Part shown: piece after piece, positions 16,991-25,075 of the stretch
How the letters are laid out: each line of letters starts with the position of its first letter
Numbering within the stretch: the stretch's first letter is position 1
Virus record (IMG/VR): IMGVR_UViG_3300004770_000001
Coordinates: 1-52,133 of that record
Strand: one strand, 5' to 3'
DNA: 52,133 bases
From: a virus
Taxonomy: Duplodnaviria > Caudoviricetes
Position numbers and translations under genes: made by a program
Notes under the pieces: model-generated
The model's database searches: none
What the model saw: the letters and a program-made list of their open reading frames with translations, nothing else
What the model was told of the DNA's origin: nothing

Positions 16991-18891
16991 AAGTCGGAGT
17001 TATAATTTGCTGCTATAACAGGCCCGAATATTTGAAAGAATGTTTATGGAGCCTTGAACGAGTTATGCTTCCTGAAAGTGCAGAAATTCTGATTATCGAC
17101 GATGCCAGCAATAACAATCAAACGCTAAACCTTATAAATAACTTCACTCATAAAAACCCGGTTAGAAAAGTCCTGTTAAAAGAGAATGTAGGCATCAGAG
17201 GTGCGCTAATTTACGGCTTTGACCTGTTCTTTGGGTTAGGATTAGATTTAGTTATAAACTTCGATAGCGACGCTATAATTAAGCCTGACGGGGTATTGAA
17301 ATTAATTCAGGCTTATAAGGAAATTCCCGGTAAGCTTTTAACAGGGTTTCATTCAACAACGCGAAATGCTAATGGAACCGAAAGGCATCATATTATCAGC
17401 GAAGAAAAAAGCTTATATCTTAAACAGTCTGTTGGCGGCATAAACTTTTGTATCGACAAACAGGCATATGATAATTTTGTCAAACCTGCTTTAAACATTG
17501 TCGGCAACTGGGACCATAACGCTTGTATAAATGCAGGTGGCGCTTACTGCCTAAAAGAAAGCATCTGCCAGCACATCGGATTTGATAGTAGTATGAACCA
17601 TACCGAACAGCCGGACGTTGCAGACGACTTTTTTTATTACGATTTACCCGATGTTACACTGCTTTGTGTCGACAGCAATCCTGAACGGGTAAAACCTGCT
17701 TTAAAAAAATGCACTGAGTATATCAGATTTGGAGAAGTAAAGGTATTGCACCCGAATATCAATTCAAAAGAGCAATATAGCGAATGGTGTATTGATGAAA
17801 TGCACAAAAATATTAACACTTCGCATGTTTTGGTATTTCAACATGATGGATTTGTAAATAACTGGAAAGCGTGGGATGATAGCTGGACGCAATATGACTA
17901 CATCGGCGCTCCCTGGCATTATACAGATGGTTACGATGTGGGGAATGGAGGCTTTTCGCTTCGGTCAAAAAGACTGATGGAATTGGTTAGCACAATCGTA
18001 AAACAAAAGCATCCGGAAGATCACCACATTTGCCGAACCTACCGAAAAGAACTCGAAGCACACGGAATGAAGTTCGCACCCTTGCACGTAGCGGAAAAGT
18101 TTTCATTTGAGGGCTATTTGCAGCCGAATAAGGTACTTTCTGATCAGTTTGGTGTACACGGACCTAACCCGCGAAAATCGCCTGGAGTCCCGGTTAAAAC
18201 TCAAAAATATATTTTCAATCAATTTTTGTCGCTGGGGGACATTCTGTTTTTAATTCCGATGGCAAGGGCATTGATGCATGAAGGTAATTCTGTTCTATGG
18301 CCTATTGAAGATCAGTACCTAAATATCAAAAAACACTTTCCTGATATAAACTTTGTAAGTAAAAAAGAAGTTGATATTAACTACGAAATCCGGGCGACAA
18401 ATAACACACCTCATGGCGTTGTATTGCCTTATCGCTGGGCTTCGGAAATACTAAAAAAGGATCTTCGCTTTTGTATGCGGTCAAAATATGACCTTTACGG
18501 GCATAATTATTTAATGTGGCGCAATCTTTACTGGAAACGGGACTACGCCAGCGAAAACAGGCTAATTAACCTTTTAAACCTACCGAAAGACTTCATTTTG
18601 GTTAATCGTTTCTTCGGGCATGAATTTAAGCATAAAATAACACCTGAAATAAACTCGAACTTACCACAAATCGAAATGAGGCCGATTGAGGGCTTTACTT
18701 TGATTGATTGGCTGGCAGTAGTTGAGAAAGCTTCTGAAATTCACATGGCAAATTCAAGCTTAAACTATTTAATTGAGTTGATGCAGTTAAATATCCAGGT
18801 TCACCTTTATAAGCGTGGCATCTGGGGAGAACGGGAATTTGAGTACAGCGACTATCTATTCACTAATAAATGTTTCATTTTTCACAGATAA
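16987..18891 (+). CDS. Multidomain glycosyltransferase (GT2 + DUF5672-like + GT-B-like C-terminus)
   Basis: VIICCYNRP, IIDDAS, FDSD; FQHDG...YDYIGAPW...VGNGGFSLRS...ED; LGDILF...NSS. Confidence 0.85.
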   Translation: MKVGVIICCYNRPEYLKECLWSLERVMLPESAEILIIDDASNNNQTLNLINNFTHKNPVRKVLLKENVGIRGALIYGFDLFFGLGLDLVINFDSDAIIKPDGVLKLIQAYKEIPGKLLTGFHSTTRNANGTERHHIISEEKSLYLKQSVGGINFCIDKQAYDNFVKPALNIVGNWDHNACINAGGAYCLKESICQHIGFDSSMNHTEQPDVADDFFYYDLPDVTLLCVDSNPERVKPALKKCTEYIRFGEVKVLHPNINSKEQYSEWCIDEMHKNINTSHVLVFQHDGFVNNWKAWDDSWTQYDYIGAPWHYTDGYDVGNGGFSLRSKRLMELVSTIVKQKHPEDHHICRTYRKELEAHGMKFAPLHVAEKFSFEGYLQPNKVLSDQFGVHGPNPRKSPGVPVKTQKYIFNQFLSLGDILFLIPMARALMHEGNSVLWPIEDQYLNIKKHFPDINFVSKKEVDINYEIRATNNTPHGVVLPYRWASEILKKDLRFCMRSKYDLYGHNYLMWRNLYWKRDYASENRLINLLNLPKDFILVNRFFGHEFKHKITPEINSNLPQIEMRPIEGFTLIDWLAVVEKASEIHMANSSLNYLIELMQLNIQVHLYKRGIWGEREFEYSDYLFTNKCFIFHR

Positions 18892-18894
18892 GCC

Positions 18895-19857
18895 TTGAAA
18901 ATATTACTCATTCCCCACAACTACAAGCCTTTTTTTAACGCTGGAGGCGAAACATACCTGCATAACATGGTAAAAGCTTTGCAGCCATACGGTCACGAGT
19001 TTAAAGCCATTGTTTACGCTGAACAACCCTACGTTTATGACGGAATAGAATGTATTCCGCAGGGAAATTTATCTACAATGTGGGCAGCTCATTCGGGGCT
19101 GTTAAATTGGTGTGATTTAGTGATCACGCAATTACTCGGAACCGCATATGCTTACAACAAAGCACACCAGTTTAAAAAGCCGCTTGTATTCATCAGCCAC
19201 AACCAACATCGCAGCTACCCGATTAACGAACCATCAAATAAAAACACCTGGATTATTTACAATTCAGAATATCTAAAACGTGAAGTTAATTTTACCCATC
19301 CGTCGTTCGTTCTGCCGCCAATCATTGATTACAGGAACTTTACTCCATCTCCGGCCAGTAAGCGAAAATACATCACATTGGTAAACTGCAACGAAAACAA
19401 AGGCGGTAAGATTTTTATAAAGCTTGCAGAACGTATGCCGGAATATCAGTTTTTAGGAATCAAGGGACCTAAAACATACGGCGAACAATTCACAGCAGAA
19501 CTACCCAATTTAACCTACGTAGATAACAGGGAAGATATAACAGGCTACTTATCGCAAACAAAAATATTAGTTGCACCATCAGAGTTTGAAACTTACGGAC
19601 AAGCAGCTACAGAGGCTATTTGTATGGGTATTCCCGTTGTTTGCTCACCAACACCCGGACTAAAAGAAAATTTATCACATTGTGGTATTTATATTGATAG
19701 AAATGATGTAAATTTATACACCGACATTCTTCAACTGCTAATGAGTGATTCCGGCTATTACAGCCAGCAATCTGCACGTGCTTTAAAACGTGCGATTGAA
19801 CTCGATCCACAACCAAACGTTAAAAGTTTAAACGACTGGCTATTAAAAATTAAATAA
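18895..19857 (+). CDS. GT4-family glycosyltransferase
   Basis: GGE near the N-terminus, NKGG, PSEFETYGQAATEA..GIPVV (EX7E). Confidence 0.9.
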   Translation: MKILLIPHNYKPFFNAGGETYLHNMVKALQPYGHEFKAIVYAEQPYVYDGIECIPQGNLSTMWAAHSGLLNWCDLVITQLLGTAYAYNKAHQFKKPLVFISHNQHRSYPINEPSNKNTWIIYNSEYLKREVNFTHPSFVLPPIIDYRNFTPSPASKRKYITLVNCNENKGGKIFIKLAERMPEYQFLGIKGPKTYGEQFTAELPNLTYVDNREDITGYLSQTKILVAPSEFETYGQAATEAICMGIPVVCSPTPGLKENLSHCGIYIDRNDVNLYTDILQLLMSDSGYYSQQSARALKRAIELDPQPNVKSLNDWLLKIK

Positions 19858-20393
19858 TGGCAACACAATTAGATGTGCTTTCCCTTGCGGATGCAAAAGA
19901 TTACTTAGCAATTGATTTCCCGGATTGGGACAGCACAATTACGCTTGCAATTTATGGTATGGTTAACCTTGTTGAACAGTTAACCAATTACAGGCTATAT
20001 GAACGACAAGAAGTCATTCAGGTAGGTACGGTTAAATATGATGCTTTTCAGTATCCTATAAATAATATCGTCAGCGTAATTGATCAGAATGGGTATCCCT
20101 CTGTTTACAAATTAGAGCAACTTCCGCTGCGGTGGGCTTTTACTTTTAAGAAGCCTGTTCAGGACTTTTACGCTGACGATTATTCTTATTACACAGGCCC
20201 GGCAGTAAACTATCTAAATACGATTACGCTCGATGTAGGTTATGCCGACACTTCTAAAATTCCTGATGCTATCGTTTATGCGATTAAACTTCTGGTTACG
20301 GAAGTAATGGAAAACAGGATTCCAACAAAAGAATCCATGCCGAACGATATATCAATGCTGTTAAATCCTTACATGCGGTCAACTTATTTTTAA
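19857..20393 (+). CDS. Head-tail connector (HK97 gp6-like)
   Basis: LSLADAKDYL...IPDAIVYAIKLLV...LLNPY. Confidence 0.85.
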   Translation: MATQLDVLSLADAKDYLAIDFPDWDSTITLAIYGMVNLVEQLTNYRLYERQEVIQVGTVKYDAFQYPINNIVSVIDQNGYPSVYKLEQLPLRWAFTFKKPVQDFYADDYSYYTGPAVNYLNTITLDVGYADTSKIPDAIVYAIKLLVTEVMENRIPTKESMPNDISMLLNPYMRSTYF

Positions 20394-20396
20394 AAG

Positions 20397-20828
20397 ATGA
20401 ATCCTGGATTATTTAATAAGCGAATACGGTTTTTTGTTGAAACTGCAACCCAAAATGAATACGGTGGATCTGTTACAACTTTAACACCTGTATCTAATGT
20501 TTCACCGGATGCTAAAGACGGCGACCATACAGCTACATGGGGAGCTTTAGAACCTATTCGCCAATACCATCAATTTGCAATCGAGGCCGGTGCCAGCGTT
20601 ATGAATGGCGACCGTTTTTTGAAGATACGGAAACGGGCAAGCTTTTACCCAACTAAAAATATGGTGTTTCAGGACATCAGCGATCCTAATAATACAAATC
20701 CTGACACTTACACGATAGTTTCAGTATTACCTTACTGGCCAGGTGCTAAAGCAAGTTTCCAAAACGGACAGGAAACAGCTTACCATGATCAGTATTTTGT
20801 TTGGATGCTCGGAGTAAAAAGAAGTTAA
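20397..20828 (+). CDS. Head closure / head-tail adaptor
   Basis: MNPG.FNKRI.F...NEYGG...W; synteny. Confidence 0.75.
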   Translation: MNPGLFNKRIRFFVETATQNEYGGSVTTLTPVSNVSPDAKDGDHTATWGALEPIRQYHQFAIEAGASVMNGDRFLKIRKRASFYPTKNMVFQDISDPNNTNPDTYTIVSVLPYWPGAKASFQNGQETAYHDQYFVWMLGVKRS

Positions 20829-21430
20829 TGACAGCGTTTAGGATAGATGGAGTTCAGGAAACAATTCAAAAGCTTTTAGCTATATCTGACAGGTCCGCAC
20901 GAATCGCATCGGCTCAGGTAAATGTAATAGCTGATAAAATTGTTTTGGATGCGAAGCAAAGCGCACCGGCTGATCTCGGAACTATTCGGCAAAGTATCGG
21001 TAAAGAAAATGCCGACACGCAAGGGCTATTAGTTTCGATATTTTGTTCTGCACCAGAAGCGCCATTTCAGGAATTTGGGACAGGTGGAAAGGTTGATGTT
21101 CCTGAAGAAATGGCCGATGTTGCAGCGCAGTTTCAGGGGCAGAAAAGCGGAGGGATGGAAGATTTTATTAAGGCGTTGACTGATTGGGTTAGGCGGCATG
21201 GTTTGACAGGGGTTTACAGCGTTGCTACTCATAAACGAGTTACCAATAAAAACTTTACAAAACAAAGCAATGCGGATGCCGACGAACAAGCTGCCTGGGC
21301 AATAGCAAAAACAATATTAAGGGACGGATTAACACCTCAGCCTTTTTTATATCCGGCTTATGTAGAGCATAGGGACGAACTTTTGCCAGCTTTACAAAAT
21401 GCCCTGCGCGAAATGATGACGCAGCAATAA
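20828..21430 (+). CDS. HK97 gp10-like tail component
   Basis: AK.SAP.DLG.IRQSI, EFGT, PQPFLYPA. Confidence 0.85.
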   Translation: MTAFRIDGVQETIQKLLAISDRSARIASAQVNVIADKIVLDAKQSAPADLGTIRQSIGKENADTQGLLVSIFCSAPEAPFQEFGTGGKVDVPEEMADVAAQFQGQKSGGMEDFIKALTDWVRRHGLTGVYSVATHKRVTNKNFTKQSNADADEQAAWAIAKTILRDGLTPQPFLYPAYVEHRDELLPALQNALREMMTQQ

Positions 21431-21460
21431 ATTTCATATAAATGAAAACTTTGAAATAAA

Positions 21461-21889
21461 ATGGTACCTGATAAATACATACGAAAAGCCTATTATAATT
21501 TACTTAGTGGGTTGGTTAGCGGAAGCGTTGCAGTTCCCGTTTATGATAAGCTTGTACCTAAATCAGTCGATCCTGTTCCAGCCGTTAGGGTTATTATAAA
21601 TTCAATCACTAAAAAACAGGCAGATACTTCAAGAGCAGGTCACGATTGGAACGCTACTATTGAACTCGATATAATAGCTGAGTTTAGCAATGGTAATGTT
21701 AACTCGGTTATAGTTGATGACATTGAAGATCAGATCAGCACAATAATCGATTTAGCCGGGCCGGATATTAGCGTGGATAATTTCACCGTTTACAATACTC
21801 AGGTAACAGTTGCAGCCGACAGAGTTATGAACTACCCGACACGATCAGTTCATAGCAGGGTGGTAAGGTATAATCATATTTTGGGATAG
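21461..21889 (+). CDS. Tail terminator (DUF3168-like)
   Basis: Synteny between gp10-like and tail tube genes; VPVYD..P. Confidence 0.7.
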   Translation: MVPDKYIRKAYYNLLSGLVSGSVAVPVYDKLVPKSVDPVPAVRVIINSITKKQADTSRAGHDWNATIELDIIAEFSNGNVNSVIVDDIEDQISTIIDLAGPDISVDNFTVYNTQVTVAADRVMNYPTRSVHSRVVRYNHILG

Positions 21890-21890
21890 T

Positions 21891-21909
21891 TTGCATTTAT
21901 GCAACACGA
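21891..21909 (+). promoter_or_regulatory. Structural-gene upstream motif copy 3 (before major tail protein)
   Basis: TTGCA-TTTAT-GCAACACGA. Confidence 0.75.
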
Positions 21910-21971
21910 AAATTTAAAGCTATTAACCGTTTACTTTTTATCTTTAATTGATAAATTCATAATCATTTAAA

Positions 21972-22409
21972 ATGAGCGCAAAAAAAGAAAAGGGTAAAGA
22001 CCTCATCGTCTATATTAATGGCGTTGCGGTACTTTACGACGAATCCAGCACAATTAATTTCACTGCAAAAACAGCCGATACAACCAGCCGGGCATCACAA
22101 GACGCTAACGGTACTATCTGGGAGGAAGCAGTTCCTATTTCAATCGGTATAAAGATAACTGGTAGCGGATTTTTGGTTAATGATAATCCTTCAGGCGGTG
22201 CCGCTGTTTATTCGTCAGGCCGTTTATATACTGCCCTTGCTAATCAAACTCTGGTTTATGCTACATGGAAAAGCCAGGACGGTTTATTCTTATATGGTTG
22301 CGATTGCTTCGTAATGGATCTTAAAGTAACTGCAACTGTTAAAGATGTAGCGAAATATGACTATACGCTGCAAGGTAACGGTGTTGTGAGCTTAGTTCCA
22401 GTTAGCTAA
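21972..22409 (+). CDS. Major tail tube protein
   Basis: KGKDL, DTTS, C-terminal Y.YTLQGNG; upstream of the chaperones. Confidence 0.8.
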   Translation: MSAKKEKGKDLIVYINGVAVLYDESSTINFTAKTADTTSRASQDANGTIWEEAVPISIGIKITGSGFLVNDNPSGGAAVYSSGRLYTALANQTLVYATWKSQDGLFLYGCDCFVMDLKVTATVKDVAKYDYTLQGNGVVSLVPVS

Positions 22410-22816
22410 TGGCTGAAATTACTGATTTCAATCTTCCTGAACCAGTTGTGTTAAACATTGGTGGCGAAAAGTTCTTATGGCACTTCAATAATTATGCGCT
22501 CGTTGAATTAGGCCATTTAACTAAAAGCGAACCGTTTAACGCTCATATAGCTTTGCAAAATGTAGCAAAGCGCGATGTAATACAAGGCCTGGCTTATTTG
22601 CTTTATGCCGGATTGGTGGGTTACGAAAAGATGCAGGGAAATTTTGATCATGGCATTGAAATGAAAAAGATTGCTGGGTTTACTGCGACTGCCAATATAA
22701 ACGATTTTGCACCATTGTGGGATGCTTTCAAAGCTTCTACGGACATGGGCGAGTTTCTGGTAACACTGAGAGGCAAAGAAGATAAAGACGCTGAAAAAAG
22801 CGTAAAAAAAAAGTAG
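22409..22816 (+). CDS. Tail assembly chaperone (gpG-like)
   Basis: Synteny; ends in slippery A AAA AAG TAG. Confidence 0.8.
   Translation: MAEITDFNLPEPVVLNIGGEKFLWHFNNYALVELGHLTKSEPFNAHIALQNVAKRDVIQGLAYLLYAGLVGYEKMQGNFDHGIEMKKIAGFTATANINDFAPLWDAFKASTDMGEFLVTLRGKEDKDAEKSVKKK
22804..22813 (+). other. Programmed -1 ribosomal frameshift site
   Basis: AAAAAAAAAG just before the stop; the -1 frame is open to 23151. Confidence 0.8.
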
Positions 22817-23151
22817 AAATAAACTGGCGTAGTATCTGCGAGTTTGCGCTCGGTGATGTAGGACTACGAAAACATGAGTTTCTTTCTATGACATGGTATG
22901 AATATACCGTTTTACTCGGTGGGCATATCAAAAGAAGTGTAAAAGAATGGGAGCATTCCCGGTTTATCGCTTATTATACCTATTGGGCTAACAGCGATGA
23001 AAACCGTGATAAAATAACAGATTTCCTGCCATTAGTAACTGATCCTGAACCAGAAGCGGCTAAAGAGTTAAGCCAGGATGAAAAGGATAGGATTTTTGCA
23101 GAAATAAAAATAAGGGAAGAAGCATTTAAACAGATCAAAAATGGCGGGTGA
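22813..23151 (+). CDS. Tail assembly chaperone gpT-like part (frameshift extension)
   Basis: -1 frame reads VEINWRSICEFALGDVGLRKHEFLSMTWYEY..., a typical GL...EF..MT..E motif. Confidence 0.75.
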   Translation, partial: VEINWRSICEFALGDVGLRKHEFLSMTWYEYTVLLGGHIKRSVKEWEHSRFIAYYTYWANSDENRDKITDFLPLVTDPEPEAAKELSQDEKDRIFAEIKIREEAFKQIKNGG

Positions 23152-25075
23152 AGATTTAAGGCTCACCATTGGGGCCGACATAGATGCTTATCAAAACGGC
23201 TTAAAACAGGCCGGACAACTCACACAGAATTTTAGTAATGATGTATCACGTTCATTAGCTGGGGCAGCAGCATCAACAGATGCTTTAGGCGGCTCAGCAA
23301 TGTCAGCGTCGATGAAGTTTTATACCATGCGTTCGGGCGTAAGTGCTGCCCGTGATGGTGTAATGGCTTTTACTTTAGGTGGTCAAGCGGCAGAACGTTC
23401 CTTGCTTGCAATGGGTCACCACATCACAAGCTTAGTAAACGAAACCGGAAGTTTTAAAGGCGCTTTAGGTGCTTTAGCTTCGTCGCTTTGGGGTCCGGGT
23501 GGTTTAATATTGGGTATTACTCTTGCGGTTGAATTATTTGATAAATTCGGTTCATCTTCAAAGGGTGCCGCTCAATCATCAGCCGAATATATTGATAGTT
23601 TAGATGCAATAACTCAGGCTACAATAAAAGGCAAAGAATCAGGCGAGCAGGAAATAACCCGGTTAAAAATTCTTTACGATGCTACTCAAAACCATACACT
23701 TTCTTTACGGGATCGGAATAAAGCATACGATGAACTCGAAAAGAAATATCCTAATTGGTTTAGTAATGCCGAAAGAGAAAAGACGCTGTTAGGAGAAAAC
23801 AAGAAGGCTTATGATGATTTGTCAAAAGCTATACTTGCTTCTGCTTTGGCTAAAGCTTATGAAGATCAAATAGGTAAAAATGCCGAACGCGAATTTGCTA
23901 ATCAGAATAAAATAACTGACTTATCTAAGCAAAGGGATCAGGCTCAAGGGAGTTACAACAGCCAACTTTCAAGCCTTAAAAAAACATATCCTGGTATTCC
24001 CGAAAGTGAATTAAAAACCCTATACGGCCCGGCTTTGGTCGGTGACATGCAAAAGGTCGCAAGTTTGCAAAAGCAAATAAACGACCTGCAAACTGATAGC
24101 GGATTAATCACTAAGCAAAATCTTGAATTACAGAATTTAGCTACAAATAATGAAGTAAAAGCTGGATTTAGCACAAATCCCGGTGGCGATACTAATAAAA
24201 ATACCGATGCTGTAACGGGGCTTGATTTATTAAAGCAAAAACAGCAAGAGTTTAAAACTGCTTTGGATGATGCTGTAGCTGACAATAAGCCGGCGGAATA
24301 CATCAAAAACCTTGCTATTCAGTACACTGCATTAAGCGAAAAAATCAGCGAGGTTGAACAGAAAATTGCAAACTCTCAGGTAATTGGTGGTGGTGCCGCT
24401 CCTCTTACAGCAGTAGGCACGAAAGCTACGACTATAAACGGGAAAGATGATAATCAATTATCAACAGATAAGCTAACTGGCGACGATATAGCTAAAATGG
24501 CTAAAGCCTATGAAGATTATGTTCATTGGCTAAATATGGCACACCAAAGCAATGCCGACCTTAAAAAAGATAATGCAGAAGAAAATTTAGCATTTAAAGA
24601 ACTTTCAAAAACGGTAGGTCAGGGATTGGTTGGTGCTTTTGAAGCCGCGATGCAAGGAACTCAAAGCTTTGTTCAGGCAATGGGTCAATTTCTTGAAAAG
24701 TTAATTGAAAAGTTAATTGCGGCGGCAGCGGCAGCAGCAGTTGTAGCTGTTTTAATGACCGTTATTTCAGGCGGTTCGTTTTCAGCAGAATTTGCTTCAT
24801 CATTTGGTCAGTTAAGTGGGTTAACGGGCGTAATAGGGTCATTGGGCGGCACAGCAACATCAAGTTTACCACAACACGCAAACGGTGGTATTGCTACATC
24901 TGCATCAATAGGAATATTCGGTGAAGCAGGGCCAGAAGCATTGATTCCATTAAACCGAATGAATGAATTTACAGGTGGTGGCGGTGGAAATATGGAAGTT
25001 ACGCACCGGGTATCGGGATCTGATTTGCTTTTAGTTATTAATCGTGCAACAAAAACACAAGGCCGTAAATCATAA
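23141..25075 (+). CDS. Tape measure protein
   Basis: Ala/Gly-rich helical protein after the chaperones; C-terminal HANGGI...GEAGPEA.IPL. Confidence 0.88.
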   Translation: MAGEDLRLTIGADIDAYQNGLKQAGQLTQNFSNDVSRSLAGAAASTDALGGSAMSASMKFYTMRSGVSAARDGVMAFTLGGQAAERSLLAMGHHITSLVNETGSFKGALGALASSLWGPGGLILGITLAVELFDKFGSSSKGAAQSSAEYIDSLDAITQATIKGKESGEQEITRLKILYDATQNHTLSLRDRNKAYDELEKKYPNWFSNAEREKTLLGENKKAYDDLSKAILASALAKAYEDQIGKNAEREFANQNKITDLSKQRDQAQGSYNSQLSSLKKTYPGIPESELKTLYGPALVGDMQKVASLQKQINDLQTDSGLITKQNLELQNLATNNEVKAGFSTNPGGDTNKNTDAVTGLDLLKQKQQEFKTALDDAVADNKPAEYIKNLAIQYTALSEKISEVEQKIANSQVIGGGAAPLTAVGTKATTINGKDDNQLSTDKLTGDDIAKMAKAYEDYVHWLNMAHQSNADLKKDNAEENLAFKELSKTVGQGLVGAFEAAMQGTQSFVQAMGQFLEKLIEKLIAAAAAAAVVAVLMTVISGGSFSAEFASSFGQLSGLTGVIGSLGGTATSSLPQHANGGIATSASIGIFGEAGPEALIPLNRMNEFTGGGGGNMEVTHRVSGSDLLLVINRATKTQGRKS

